Source: Patescibacteria group bacterium
GTDB taxonomy: Bacteria > Patescibacteriota > Microgenomatia > CAYGWK01
Assembly (NCBI GenBank): GCA_049322615.1
Contig: JBMORX010000009.1
Span: forward strand, 130,321-194,320
DNA length: 64,000 nt
Direction: 5' to 3'
The notes beneath the pieces were generated by a model. That model had not been told where the DNA came from. It was given only the letters and a program-made list of their open reading frames with translations, and made no database searches. This document shows, one piece after another, positions 9,236 to 19,646 of the stretch. The translations under genes and the position numbers were made by a program. The number at the start of each line of letters is the position of its first letter. Within the stretch, counting starts at the first letter, position 1.

Positions 9236-9590
9236 CTAATTGCTTAAATAACAGTTGTCGAACTTTATGTCTGCCCATATTGTTCTAAAAAAACCAGAGT
9301 TTTTTCCTTCGATAAACTCGGGATAAATGGCTCTGGGATTATACTATAAATGATTTTCACAAGAGTTGTCAAGGGGCAATTTTGTAAACAAATTGCCCCG
9401 CCGACCCCGCGTATAGCGGCGTTGCCGCCACGCGGCTTTACGCCGTTCAAATCGCTCCTCGAGCCGTATACGAATAGTATTGAAAAGGCGAGAGGGAAAA
9501 TTATCGGGGTCAAGCCCCAGTTTCAAAGCTAGCCTTACGACAAAATCTGGGATATCCATAAATTTGTCGTAGACAATCTTTTGGAGGGAT

Positions 9591-12500
9591 TCAAGAAAAG
9601 AGAAGCTTTTTTATCTTTTCCTCCAATTCTTTAGTAAACTCCACCCCAAAAGTCAAAACCAACCTTCGTGATCCTCCGTTTTGTTCAAAGACTAAAACCC
9701 CTTTTTTCTTCCCCGGACTTGCCTTAAGTAATTTATTAAGCTCGACCAAAATTTGCGGTTTAGTTCCTTTAGGAATCTTAATGGAAAAATCAAAGCTTGG
9801 TTTTTGCTGAGCAGCCACACTCAGGGGAACAGCATTCTCCACAATCAAAGAAAGCTCTTCCTCTCTTGTTTCAATACGACCGTCAACTAAAACTACCTGA
9901 TCGCGAATCCAACAAGAACGGGTTATAGTGAAGATTTTTGGAAAGACAACTGCCTCAACTTTGCCAGTTTCATCTTCTAAGGTAGCAAAAGCCATCTCAG
10001 AAGCACCGTTTTTCGTCAAGACAATTCTTATTGAGGAGACAATTCCCCCAACCCTTACTCGTTCAACCGTCTCCACCTCTCCTCCTAGTTCATAAAGTTT
10101 ATGAGAAACCTCGCTTGAGAGAATCGAAAGAACCGGAGCCAGAGGATGTTCAGTCAAATAAAAGCCTAAAAGATCTCGTTCAAGGGATAAAAGTTCACTC
10201 CGGGAGAATTCTTCAATCTCGGGCAAATCATCCAAGGCAGCCTTTTTTTCACCTTCCTCAAACAAGCCAACCTGACCTCCCGCTTTTTGTTTTTGCTCAA
10301 CTTCGCCTTTGGCGCGGATACGATCTAAACCAGCCAGCATGGCGGCTCGTGAACCAAAACAGTCCATTGCTCCAGCTTTAATTAGGGATTCTAAGACTTT
10401 TTTGTTAACTTTCTGGGGATCAGCTCTTTGACAAAAATCAGATAAAGAAGTAAAACTTCCTCCAAGTTCTCGGGCTTTAATTATCGCCTCAATGGCTGCC
10501 TCTCCAACATTTTTAATTGCCGACAGCCCAAAACGAATTGCCCCTTGCTCGATTGAAAAACCAACCCCCGAAGTATTAATTTCAGGTTTCAGGACTAAGA
10601 TTCCCATTCTCCGACATTCCTCAACCCCCAAAGCCACCTTATCAGTATTTCCTGATTCAGCCGTCAGTAAAGCCGCCATAAATTCAACTGGATAATTTGC
10701 TTTCAACCAGGCAGTTTGATAGGCAATCATCGCATAGGAAGTTGAATGGGCTTTATTAAAACCATAACCAACAAATCGTTCAACAAGAGAAAAAATTTTT
10801 TCTGCTTGGTCTTTTTTATAACCTTTCTCTTGAGCCTTGCGAATAAATTTTTCTTTTTCTTTCTCCATCAAAACTTTTTTCTTTTTGCCAATTGCTCTTC
10901 GCAAGCCATCGGCTTCGCCCCAGGTATAACCAGCAATCGAAACAGCAATCTGAAGACATTGTTCTTGATAAACAGCAATTCCGTAGGTCTCCGAAAGTAT
11001 TGGTTTTAAGTCAGGATGAGGATAACGAACTTTGGAAGGATTATTTTTGCCTAAAATAAACTCGTTAATCCATTCCATTGGTCCGGGACGATATAAGGCG
11101 ACCATCGCGGCAATATCAGAAAAACGCGTTGGTCTAAGTTTTTGGGCTAACCTTCTCATTCCCCCTGATTCAAGCTGAAAAACTCCAGTTGTCTCACCCC
11201 GGGTAATCATTTCATAAACTTTTCGATCATCAAGGGGAATCTCGGAGATATCTATTTCTTTTCCTTTGGTGGCTAAAACATATTCGGCGCTCTTTCCCAA
11301 AATCGTCAAATTCCGTAATCCCAAAAAATCCATTTTCAAAAGACCAATAGCATGCTCGGAGATATTAAGATCTAAAGCATACATATCATATTGGGTAATA
11401 ATTTTTTCCTTTTTGCTATCCCACTGGAGGGGGACATAGTCTGTAAGCTGCCGGTCGGCAATAACCACCCCGGCGGCATGGGTCGAGGCTTGACGGGTAA
11501 CTCCCTCAAGTTTTGAAGCCAAATCTAAGATCTTTTTGGTTTCTTCTTCATTTTCATAAGCGTTCCTAAGTTCTGGATTGGAGGCTAAAGCACTTAAGAT
11601 GGTTGTTTCAAAACCCTGGGCTCCAAAAGGAATCATTTTGGCAATTCGGTCTCCAGTGGAATAAGGATAACCTAAAACCCGCGCCACGTCCCGAACCGCC
11701 ATTCTTGCTTCCATTGTCCCGAAAGTGATAATTTGGGCAACCTTGTCCTTACCGTATTTTTGGGTAACATAGGCAATTACCTCGTCCCGCCGGTCATCGG
11801 CAAAGTCAAGATCGATGTCCGCCGGAGTCGGTCTTTGGGGATTTAAAAATCGCTCAAAAGGAAGATTGTGCTCTAGAGGGTTAATTGAGGTAATCCGCAA
11901 AACATAAGAGACAAGTGAGCCCGCCACCGATCCTCTTCCTGGTCCAACCCGAATTCCTTGCTGTTTTGCCCAGTTGGCAAAATCTGAAACAATTAAAAAA
12001 TAAGTAGCAAATCCCTTTTTGCAGATAATCTCCAGTTCGTACTCAAGCCTATCTTTTATTTCTTTGCTAATTTTAGGAAAGCGACGAGGAGCTTCTCCAA
12101 AAACCATTTTTCTAAGCAAACTTTCGGCTGTCTCCCCTTGAGGTAGGGGATAATGGGGTAAAATCCACTTCCCTGTTTCTATTTCAAGGCTACATTTTTG
12201 GGAAATTTTCTGGGTATTCTCCAAAGCATCAGGAAACTCTCGAAAAAGTTCTTCCATTTCTTTTCCTCCCCGAAGATAAAAATCAGGCGAGTCTATCATC
12301 GTCAGCCTGTCTTTATCGGTAATTTTTTTCTGGGTCTGAATTGCCAGAAGAGCATCTTGGGCAACGGCATCCTCAGGGGCAACATAATGAACATCATTGG
12401 TAGCAACAAGGGGAATCCCCAATTTTCGGGAAAGCTTTGCCAATTCTTTATTTACCCTCTCTTGATCAGCAATCTTGGGGTGAGCCTGAAGTTCAAGATA

Positions 12501-13010
12501 AAAATCTTCAGCAAAAATTTCCCAATATTGCCTAAGTCGCTTTTCTGCGTCTTCTCTCCTACCCTGTCTTAAGAAAGCAGGGATTTCTCCCTCAAGACAA
12601 GCCGAAAGAACAATCAACCCGCTTGAGTTTTCTTTTAAAATCTCAAAATCAATTCTTGGTTTATAATAAAAACCCTCAAGATGGGCTAAAGTTACCAGTT
12701 TAATTAGGTTTTTATAGCCTTCATCGTTTTTTGCCAGAAGGATAAGATGATACTGATCAGCATCTACCTTTGGTTGCTTGTCAAATCTTGACCTTTGAGC
12801 CACATAAGCCTCAACGCCAATAATTGGCTTTATTTCCGCTTCCCGACAGGCAAGATAAAAAGGAATTACTCCATACATTGCCCCATGGTCAGTAATCGCC
12901 AAAGCCTCCATTCCCAACTCTTTTGCCCGCGAAACCAGAACAGGAATTTTACAAAGACCGTCTAAGAGCGAATATTCTGTATGAACATGAAGATGGGTAA
13001 ATTTAGCCAT
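9591..13010 (-). CDS. dnaE: DNA polymerase III alpha subunit
   Basis: N-terminal PHP domain (HLHVHTEYSLLDG) and about 1140 aa. Start moved to MAKFTH, which is preceded by an AAGAGGAAG RBS. Confidence 0.95.
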   Translation of the reverse strand: MAKFTHLHVHTEYSLLDGLCKIPVLVSRAKELGMEALAITDHGAMYGVIPFYLACREAEIKPIIGVEAYVAQRSRFDKQPKVDADQYHLILLAKNDEGYKNLIKLVTLAHLEGFYYKPRIDFEILKENSSGLIVLSACLEGEIPAFLRQGRREDAEKRLRQYWEIFAEDFYLELQAHPKIADQERVNKELAKLSRKLGIPLVATNDVHYVAPEDAVAQDALLAIQTQKKITDKDRLTMIDSPDFYLRGGKEMEELFREFPDALENTQKISQKCSLEIETGKWILPHYPLPQGETAESLLRKMVFGEAPRRFPKISKEIKDRLEYELEIICKKGFATYFLIVSDFANWAKQQGIRVGPGRGSVAGSLVSYVLRITSINPLEHNLPFERFLNPQRPTPADIDLDFADDRRDEVIAYVTQKYGKDKVAQIITFGTMEARMAVRDVARVLGYPYSTGDRIAKMIPFGAQGFETTILSALASNPELRNAYENEEETKKILDLASKLEGVTRQASTHAAGVVIADRQLTDYVPLQWDSKKEKIITQYDMYALDLNISEHAIGLLKMDFLGLRNLTILGKSAEYVLATKGKEIDISEIPLDDRKVYEMITRGETTGVFQLESGGMRRLAQKLRPTRFSDIAAMVALYRPGPMEWINEFILGKNNPSKVRYPHPDLKPILSETYGIAVYQEQCLQIAVSIAGYTWGEADGLRRAIGKKKKVLMEKEKEKFIRKAQEKGYKKDQAEKIFSLVERFVGYGFNKAHSTSYAMIAYQTAWLKANYPVEFMAALLTAESGNTDKVALGVEECRRMGILVLKPEINTSGVGFSIEQGAIRFGLSAIKNVGEAAIEAIIKARELGGSFTSLSDFCQRADPQKVNKKVLESLIKAGAMDCFGSRAAMLAGLDRIRAKGEVEQKQKAGGQVGLFEEGEKKAALDDLPEIEEFSRSELLSLERDLLGFYLTEHPLAPVLSILSSEVSHKLYELGGEVETVERVRVGGIVSSIRIVLTKNGASEMAFATLEDETGKVEAVVFPKIFTITRSCWIRDQVVLVDGRIETREEELSLIVENAVPLSVAAQQKPSFDFSIKIPKGTKPQILVELNKLLKASPGKKKGVLVFEQNGGSRRLVLTFGVEFTKELEEKIKKLLFS

Positions 13011-13701
13011 TTTTTCTTCCTCTTTTTTTATTGGCTCTTTCCGCCTCACTGGCTTTTTTCTTTAAGACATCATAAGCAGCTTTTGCCTTGGTGTCCAGGT
13101 TTAAATCGCTTTGAGATTTAATCCGGACAATCTCCGGGTCAGCGGTTGAAGAAACTCCCACACTAAATTGAATCCAGTCCGTTTTTTTCTCTCCTTTGTG
13201 ACTAAAGACAAAAGCAATGTCTATATCTTGAAGATCAGCAGCGATTTTTTCTGCTTCCTCTTTGTCAACGCCACAAAGAACTAAGCCAAATTCATCACCT
13301 CGGTCGAATGAGCGAAAAGCGAAAAAAGGTTCTCCAAGTCCTTGGGTAGGATAGTTCCTTCTTTTAAGAAGCTCGATAATATCCTGACGAATAAATTTTC
13401 CAAATCTTCTTATGGCTTCATTACCAACATTGTGGGAATAATCATTGAATCGGCTTAATCTATCCAAATCCATCAAGATTAGACTCACGGCGAGTGGCTG
13501 AGTTGATTCAATAAAATAAGACCCTATAATCTGTTGAGCTTTATGTTTAGCTGCTTCTTCTTTGTAGAAACCAGTTAGTTCGTCAAAAGCGAGCACTCTT
13601 TTTAATTCTGCATTTTCTTGCCGAAGCCTTTGATTTTCCTCCAAAAGTTCCTGATAAGATGGTGTTTCTGGATTACTCTCGTTCATACCTACCCCTTTCA
13701 A
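13003..13701 (-). CDS. GGDEF-domain protein with a degenerate active site (RGDEF) and N-terminal coiled coil
   Basis: AFDELTGFY (DxLTGLxNR-like) and LILMDLDRLSRFNDYSHNVGNEAIRRFG are present, and FDRGDEFGLVL stands in place of GG(D/E)EF. Confidence 0.6.
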   Translation of the reverse strand: MKGVGMNESNPETPSYQELLEENQRLRQENAELKRVLAFDELTGFYKEEAAKHKAQQIIGSYFIESTQPLAVSLILMDLDRLSRFNDYSHNVGNEAIRRFGKFIRQDIIELLKRRNYPTQGLGEPFFAFRSFDRGDEFGLVLCGVDKEEAEKIAADLQDIDIAFVFSHKGEKKTDWIQFSVGVSSTADPEIVRIKSQSDLNLDTKAKAAYDVLKKKASEAERANKKRGRKNG

Positions 13702-13713
13702 TAATAACTTTTT

Positions 13714-13906
13714 TCACCGAAGTTTTTCAAGTCCCGATTTTATCGGGACGCAGGCCCACCATAAATCGCAGCACGAGGCGTGTATGAATAATACTGACCT
13801 ACCCGCAATGCTACGCATAGCGTTGCAGGCGGGAAAGCCGAGTGCTAAGAAGTGGTGGGTCAAGTCCCGAAAAAATCCAGAAAAGACCGCCGGTCCTTTT
13901 TCGTGG
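13714..13906 (-). promoter_or_regulatory. GC-rich structured 5' leader of the GGDEF gene (candidate riboswitch or ncRNA; identity unresolved)
   Basis: Local GC is well above background. There are multiple stable hairpins (CCCGCAATGCTACGCATAGCGTTGCAGGCGGG; CAAGTCCCGA occurs twice) and long-range GGCCCACCA/TGGTGGGTC complementarity. The overlapping ORF 13714..14010 is not protein-like. Confidence 0.3.
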
Positions 13907-14140
13907 TCAAATTGGGGAGACTTTCTCAAGGGTGGAGATTCTTTCTTCGTGACCTGAAACACGGTGGGAAAGAACTGTTTGTTCCTCCCTTGATTTGAGG
14001 ATTTCTCCAAGTATCTTATCTAGTCTGCTAAGTAACTCACTTCTATAATTGGCAAAATCCTCTTTAGTGGCAAAAACATCTCGCAATCTTTCTTCCAGGT
14101 AATCAATGTCTGCTTCAGTGAGGAATCTTCCTTTTGGCAT
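13907..14140 (-). CDS. hypothetical small charged coiled-coil protein
   Basis: 77-aa ORF with protein-like composition. No recognisable family. Confidence 0.35.
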   Translation of the reverse strand: MPKGRFLTEADIDYLEERLRDVFATKEDFANYRSELLSRLDKILGEILKSREEQTVLSHRVSGHEERISTLEKVSPI

Positions 14141-14172
14141 AGTTTGATTAAATCAAAGAGGGATAATTTCTG

Positions 14173-15519
14173 TCAAGTCCTATTTTTTAATGCTTTAAGA
14201 AGAAGTTGACGCGTTTGATTTGGATCTGCTTTTCCTTTTGTTTCTCTAGCGACCTGACCGACCAAAAACTCCAAAGCCTGGACTTTGCCTTTTCTAAAGT
14301 CTTCAACTGCCCTCTGATTTTCCTCTAACACTTTACCAACAATTTTTTCTAATTCTTTTTCTGCTATCGTTGGGGCTTTCGCCAAAACTTTAATTTGTTT
14401 CACTAATTCTTCTGGCTTTATCCGACTAATGTCCACTCTTTTATTAACAATCCAATTAGCAATGTTTTTCGCATCTTCTACTTCCCACTTCGCCCTTTCC
14501 ACTCCCCACTTTCTGAGTGCTTCCTCGTAAAAGTCAGCAGTTTCTTTAGTTTCGACTAAAATCTTTGCCTGGTACTCTGAAAGTCCGTATTGTTTGATGA
14601 ATCTAGTAAGTTTCTTATCAGGTAATTCAGGAAGTTTTTCTCTTAATATCTTAATATCTTCATCTCTTAATCTCATTGGTGGTAAATCTGGTTCAGGAAA
14701 ATATCGATAATCAGCCGCTTCTTCTTTTTCTCTTTGTAAAACAGTTTCCTGCTTTACTTCATCCCAGCCTCTAGTTGTTTTGTTACCAGGCTGTTTTTCT
14801 CTACCAGTTTTTTCAAACTCCCCAAGTTGGCGTCGAATTTCATAATCTATAGCCTTTTGAACAAAACGAAAAGAGTTAATATTCTTCAACTCAACCAGAG
14901 GGGTATAAACGATTTTGCCATTTTTTTCAATCTTTAAATTAACTGTTGGTTCGCAACGCATCTGCCCCTTTTCCATATCTGCTTCAGAAACCCCTAAATA
15001 GCGAACGATTTGTTGGAGTTTTTCCAAAAATGCCTTGGCTTCCTCCGCCGAAGAAATATCCGGCTCAGTTACAATTTCCATCAGTGGCACCCCAGATCTG
15101 TTAAAATCTATCAGAGTGGATCCAGCCTCATGAATTAACTTCCCCGTGTCTTCTTCCAAATGAACCCTTCTTATCCGGAGCCATTTGACATTTGAAATTT
15201 GAAATTTGCCATTACGCGCCAAAGGCGCGTCATATTGGCTAATCTGGTACCCTTTAACCAAATCAGGATAAAAGTAATTTTTCCGGTCGAATTTGGAAAA
15301 GCCAGAAATCTGACAATTCAAAGCCAACCCAGTTAAAATCGTCCACTCAATCGCGGTTTTATTTGCCACCGGCAGTGCCCCAGGCAATCCCAAACAGACA
15401 GGGCAAGTTTGGGTATTCGGCTCAGCCTGAAAATGTTCTGCTTTGCAAGAGCAAAACATCTTGCTTTCAGTCTTAAGCTCAATGTGAACCTCAAGTCCTA
15501 TTATAGGCGTATATCTCAT
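14173..15519 (-). CDS. gatB: Asp/Glu-tRNA amidotransferase subunit B
   Basis: [15 protein letters not shown] start, GatB/YqeY C-terminus, 448 aa. Confidence 0.95.
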   Translation of the reverse strand: MRYTPIIGLEVHIELKTESKMFCSCKAEHFQAEPNTQTCPVCLGLPGALPVANKTAIEWTILTGLALNCQISGFSKFDRKNYFYPDLVKGYQISQYDAPLARNGKFQISNVKWLRIRRVHLEEDTGKLIHEAGSTLIDFNRSGVPLMEIVTEPDISSAEEAKAFLEKLQQIVRYLGVSEADMEKGQMRCEPTVNLKIEKNGKIVYTPLVELKNINSFRFVQKAIDYEIRRQLGEFEKTGREKQPGNKTTRGWDEVKQETVLQREKEEAADYRYFPEPDLPPMRLRDEDIKILREKLPELPDKKLTRFIKQYGLSEYQAKILVETKETADFYEEALRKWGVERAKWEVEDAKNIANWIVNKRVDISRIKPEELVKQIKVLAKAPTIAEKELEKIVGKVLEENQRAVEDFRKGKVQALEFLVGQVARETKGKADPNQTRQLLLKALKNRT

Positions 15520-16723
15520 ATGACTCCCTTAAAGAATAAATCCAGACTGCACCGATTATAATGGCAATTATTCCTAACATAAAATTCACTCCTAGGACAT
15601 CGGTGATAGTGGCTGTCAAAAGAATGGGCAAAATTGAGGCGAGGGTGATGGCAAATCCCAAAACTCCAAAAACTCGTCCACGTTTATCTTCTGGGGTTTT
15701 TTCCTGAAGAAGAGTCTGAACTGGAATGATGATTGAGACAAAACTTATTCCGAGCAAAAAGGCAGTCCCTAATGCCACCAAAATCCGCAAATTACCCAAA
15801 AATGGCACAATTGTGGCTATGGAAAGAAGCGAGACGGCAGAAAGAAAAAGACCGAAAGAAATAATTCTTTTCTTGCGAACCTTTCTTCTTAAAAGTGTGG
15901 TTATCCCTAAGGCTCCAGTTATCGCCCCAAAACCAGCAGGCAAAATCAAAATTGGTCCGGCATCCAAAAGATTGATCGATAAAACTTCAGTCGCCAATGA
16001 TGGAGACAAAACGGCAATAATCCCAACAATCACTTGAGAAAAAACAAGAAGCAACAAGGGGAAAAGAATCATTGGTTGGCTTTTAATAAAAAGATATCCC
16101 TCTTTAACTCTCAATAAGAAATCTTGAATATCCCCAATCTTTTTCTTGCTTTCCTCTTTTGGTAAATTAGAAACAAGAAGTGAGGCAAAGATTAACAAAG
16201 AGAAACCGAGGATAAATGGTGCCTCTCTGCCAATTAATCTCACCACCGGTCCAGATAGTCCAAACCCAAGCAAAAATGCTCCATAGACAGTAAAAAGAAA
16301 AAGTGAATTGGCTACTGGAAGCAAATTTCTAGGAACAACCCACGGCAGAGTTGAGGCTTCAGCCGGGATATAAAGTTGATTGACTAAAGAGTAAAAGAAG
16401 ACAACCGAATAAATTGGCCAAAGTTTGTGTTTAACCAAAAGATAGCAAAGAACGATTAAAGCCTCAAAAAAGGTAGTCAGCATTAAAACTTTTCTTTTTT
16501 GAAAAAGGTCAACCACTGTTCCCGAAAACGGACCAAGTAAAATTGCTGGGATGGCGTAAAAAATCCAAACCAAAGAAACAGCCACCGTTGAATGAGTTGC
16601 CTCAAAAATTCGCAAAATTATGACAAAGTTGATAAGGGTTAGGGTTGTTTGAGAAAAAATTTGCGACCCCCAGATTTTTTGGAAATTCTTAATTTTTAAG
16701 ACCTCAAGAAATGGATTTTTCAT
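15491..16723 (-). CDS. MFS transporter
   Basis: 12-TM pattern, 410 aa, inserted between gatA and gatB. Confidence 0.7.
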   Translation of the reverse strand: MKNPFLEVLKIKNFQKIWGSQIFSQTTLTLINFVIILRIFEATHSTVAVSLVWIFYAIPAILLGPFSGTVVDLFQKRKVLMLTTFFEALIVLCYLLVKHKLWPIYSVVFFYSLVNQLYIPAEASTLPWVVPRNLLPVANSLFLFTVYGAFLLGFGLSGPVVRLIGREAPFILGFSLLIFASLLVSNLPKEESKKKIGDIQDFLLRVKEGYLFIKSQPMILFPLLLLVFSQVIVGIIAVLSPSLATEVLSINLLDAGPILILPAGFGAITGALGITTLLRRKVRKKRIISFGLFLSAVSLLSIATIVPFLGNLRILVALGTAFLLGISFVSIIIPVQTLLQEKTPEDKRGRVFGVLGFAITLASILPILLTATITDVLGVNFMLGIIAIIIGAVWIYSLRESYEIYAYNRT

Positions 16724-16734
16724 AGTTTAATTAA

Positions 16735-18168
16735 TTAAAGTGGTGGTCTTCTTTTGTGCCATTTGGTCTCTTGTTCATAAGCATAGCCTACTTGAAATAA
16801 AAGTTCTTCAGAAAACTGCGGTCCTAGGATTTGGATACCCACTGGCAGCGAGCCTGTCGAGCTGTCAATAAACCCGGCAGGGATGGCAAGCCCGGGAATT
16901 CCCGCTAAATTGGCGGTTACCGTAAAAATATCCGAAAGATACATCTGGAGCGGATCATCAACTTTTTCTCCCAATTTAAATGGCGGCGTTGGCGAAACCG
17001 GAGCCAGCAAAACATCAACTTTTTTAAACGCTTCATCAAAGTCTTTTTTAATTAAAGTCCGAACCTGCATTGCTTTCAGATAATAAGCTTCATAGTATCC
17101 AGCCGACAGGGCATAAGTCCCAAGCATGATTCTCCGTTTCGCCTCATCACCAAAACTTTCTCTTGAAAAACCATACCTTATTCCATCATACCTGGCTAAA
17201 TTTGAACTGGTTTCGCTTGGGGCGATTAAATAGTAGGTAGCAATAGCATATTTAGTGTAGGGTAAAGAAACCTTACTGATTTTAGCTCCTGACATTTCTA
17301 GGACTTTAATTGCCTTTTCTACCTTCTCTTTTACCTTCTCATCTACCCCTTCAACAAAATATTCCTTTGGGATACCAATTTTGACGTTCTTAATTCCTTT
17401 TTTAAGAAATTCTGTATATCTTGGGGGGGACAATGTGGAGGAGGTAGAGTCATGCTCGTCTTTGCCAGCGATTGTCTCCAAAACTAATGCGCAATCCTCC
17501 ACTGTTTTTCCCATGGGCCCAACCGTATCTAACGAAGAGGCGTAAGCAATCGCTCCGTACCGAGAAACTCTGCCATAAGTTACTTTTAATCCAACTACTG
17601 AACAAAAAGAAGCCGGAAATCTTATTGAACCACCGGTATCTTCCCCAATCTCAAAAAAACTCATATCCGCGGCAAGCGCCGCCGCCGATCCTCCCGAAGA
17701 TCCACCGGCCACTCTCCCCAAATCCCAGGGATTTTTCGTTGGCCCAAAATCAGAATTTTCCGTTGAACTTCCATGACCCCAAGCATCACAATTCGTTTTT
17801 CCAAGCAAAATCGCCCCAGCATTTAAAAGGCGCTCGTAAACTGTAGCGTTATATTGAGGAATATAATCCTTTAAGATATTGGAGGCCGCCGTAGTTCGAA
17901 TTCCTTTGGTGCAGTAAACATCTTTCATGGAAAAAGGAATCCCCAAAAGAAGAAGACTTTGGACTTTGGACTTTGGACTTTTAATTATTTTATCTGCTTT
18001 CTTTGCCTGTTCCAGTGCTTCTTTTTCACAGACAGTAATAAAGGCATTGATTTTGGGGTCAATCTTCTTTATCCGCTCAAGACAACTCTTCACCAGCTCA
18101 AGGGAAGAAAATTTTTTCTGCCGTAATCCTTCCTGGGCTTCTTTGATTGTCAGTTCGTTGAGATTCAT
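16735..18168 (-). CDS. gatA: Glu-tRNA(Gln) amidotransferase subunit A (amidase)
   Basis: Amidase signature GGSSGGSAAA; 477 aa. Confidence 0.95.
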   Translation of the reverse strand: MNLNELTIKEAQEGLRQKKFSSLELVKSCLERIKKIDPKINAFITVCEKEALEQAKKADKIIKSPKSKVQSLLLLGIPFSMKDVYCTKGIRTTAASNILKDYIPQYNATVYERLLNAGAILLGKTNCDAWGHGSSTENSDFGPTKNPWDLGRVAGGSSGGSAAALAADMSFFEIGEDTGGSIRFPASFCSVVGLKVTYGRVSRYGAIAYASSLDTVGPMGKTVEDCALVLETIAGKDEHDSTSSTLSPPRYTEFLKKGIKNVKIGIPKEYFVEGVDEKVKEKVEKAIKVLEMSGAKISKVSLPYTKYAIATYYLIAPSETSSNLARYDGIRYGFSRESFGDEAKRRIMLGTYALSAGYYEAYYLKAMQVRTLIKKDFDEAFKKVDVLLAPVSPTPPFKLGEKVDDPLQMYLSDIFTVTANLAGIPGLAIPAGFIDSSTGSLPVGIQILGPQFSEELLFQVGYAYEQETKWHKRRPPL

Positions 18169-18178
18169 TTTTTCCTAA

Positions 18179-18475
18179 TTACTCAAATATTGCCTTTATT
18201 TTAAACATCCCTTTCTCTTGATTTTTTGCTCCTGACAAGGTTTCTTCTTGAGAAAGACCAGAACCAACTTTATCTTCCCGAAAAACATTCTCCAATCCTG
18301 TCACCTGACTAGTTGGTTCAACTTCAGTTGTCTTAAGCTTTTTTAAAATTTCCACATAATCCAAGACCTCTGAAAGCTGCTTTTGGAACTTCTTCACTTC
18401 TTGAGGAGTAAGAGTCAGTCCGGCAAGTTTGGCGACATGAATTACTTCTTCTTTGGTCAATTTTAAATTAGACAC
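18179..18475 (-). CDS. gatC: Asp/Glu-tRNA amidotransferase subunit C
   Basis: MSNLKLTKEEVIHVAKLAGLTLTPQE matches GatC. Confidence 0.85.
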   Translation of the reverse strand: MSNLKLTKEEVIHVAKLAGLTLTPQEVKKFQKQLSEVLDYVEILKKLKTTEVEPTSQVTGLENVFREDKVGSGLSQEETLSGAKNQEKGMFKIKAIFE

Positions 18476-18507
18476 TTTGACAATTAGTATAATAAAAACC
18501 AGTCAAA

Positions 18508-18702
18508 CTAACAAGAAGACTTTACGGTCAGGAAAGCTTTCATATGTTTAACCTCATTCTGATTCTCAACTATTTGGGCGGCTTCTTCTGAGATCTTAGT
18601 GATAACTTTTTCCCTAGTTTTTAAAGAAGGAGCAAATTGTCCTAATGGCTCCGCGTCGTAATTGTGGCCCAGTTTCTCCACTTCAGGTATTGTAGCTTGC
18701 AC
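18508..18702 (-). CDS. hypothetical small protein
   Basis: 64-aa ORF only. Confidence 0.2.
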   Translation of the reverse strand: MQATIPEVEKLGHNYDAEPLGQFAPSLKTREKVITKISEEAAQIVENQNEVKHMKAFLTVKSSC

Positions 18703-18751
18703 CGAGTCCTTCGAAAAACTCAGGATAAACTTGCCAAAAATGTTTTAATTG

Positions 18752-19282
18752 TTACCTTCTGTGATACACAAAAATTGATGTCCAAGCAGGAAGTTCACGG
18801 AACGAATCTCTGATGCCTTCTGGTTTAGTAAAAGTTGCCCTGAACCTGATGCCGAAAACATCTCTACTGAATTCTATTATATGGTATTTCTCCCAGGGCC
18901 AAGTTTTTGTATCTATCCGTTTTGACTCAACATTCCAGCCCTTCTTGACCAATTTGGTTTCGTAGAAATTAATAACATCTTCTGCTGAATCTTTCGTTTC
19001 AAACCTTATGCTGGCTCCCGGAATGCCGTCTGGAAATCCACTACTAGCCTCAATTTTGTATGAAGAAGCCCCAGGGTATCGAGGAATTGAGCTCGCTACT
19101 AACCAATCAAGTTGGTGCTGAAAGAATACGATGGAAACAAAAAAGCATGTAACAAAAATTAGTCCAAGAAGGAAAACTATTAAAACAAATAGTTTCTTAA
19201 TCATGTTCTTAATCATAGAAACATTAGATTTCCACCTCGGGGGTGGAACAGCCTCGCCACCTAGGGAATTAAACCGGTACAT
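18752..19282 (-). CDS. hypothetical membrane-anchored or secreted protein
   Basis: N-terminal TM/signal-anchor (LFVLIVFLLGLIFVTCFFV), then a soluble domain. Confidence 0.4.
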   Translation of the reverse strand: MYRFNSLGGEAVPPPRWKSNVSMIKNMIKKLFVLIVFLLGLIFVTCFFVSIVFFQHQLDWLVASSIPRYPGASSYKIEASSGFPDGIPGASIRFETKDSAEDVINFYETKLVKKGWNVESKRIDTKTWPWEKYHIIEFSRDVFGIRFRATFTKPEGIRDSFRELPAWTSIFVYHRR

Positions 19283-19611
19283 CTCCAGTTAACTTGGGCG
19301 TTTTTGGTGGCAATATCTACAACACAAGCTGGAGAACACCCTTTCGCCTTGCCGAAAACAATTAGAGGGAACCACCAGGTACCAGAATAATCGTTACATT
19401 CCCAACCCAAGGGGGATATTTTGCCTTCTTTTACACAAACACTTTTGAGAGCAATTTTTAATGCTTCTTTCCTGCTCATTTTCAAATTTGTTTCTCTTTT
19501 ATAACAATAATCTGGACCAATATTTTGTTTGTAAAATTTAGAAAAAATGTATCCCAAAAAACTAATGACGATCATCAGTGTAATAATCGTAATAAGAAGT
19601 TTCTGGGACAT
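19261..19611 (-). CDS. hypothetical small secreted Cys-rich protein
   Basis: N-terminal TM (LITIITLMIVISFLGYIF) and five Cys in the C-terminal half. Confidence 0.35.
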   Translation of the reverse strand: MSQKLLITIITLMIVISFLGYIFSKFYKQNIGPDYCYKRETNLKMSRKEALKIALKSVCVKEGKISPLGWECNDYSGTWWFPLIVFGKAKGCSPACVVDIATKNAQVNWRCTGLIP

Positions 19612-19646
19612 AATTAGATTATACTCTTTCTAATCTTTGAAGACTT

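Noticed and set aside
9265-9559. Small ORFs 9265..9513 and 9344..9559 downstream of dnaE
   Set aside because: There is no RBS or domain evidence, and they overlap each other. They could be real small proteins, but this is not supportable from sequence alone.
13714-14010. ORF 13714..14010 (98 aa)
   Set aside because: The translation is not protein-like (W/C/H-rich, no domain) and coincides with the GC-rich structured leader. Treated as RNA or regulatory instead.
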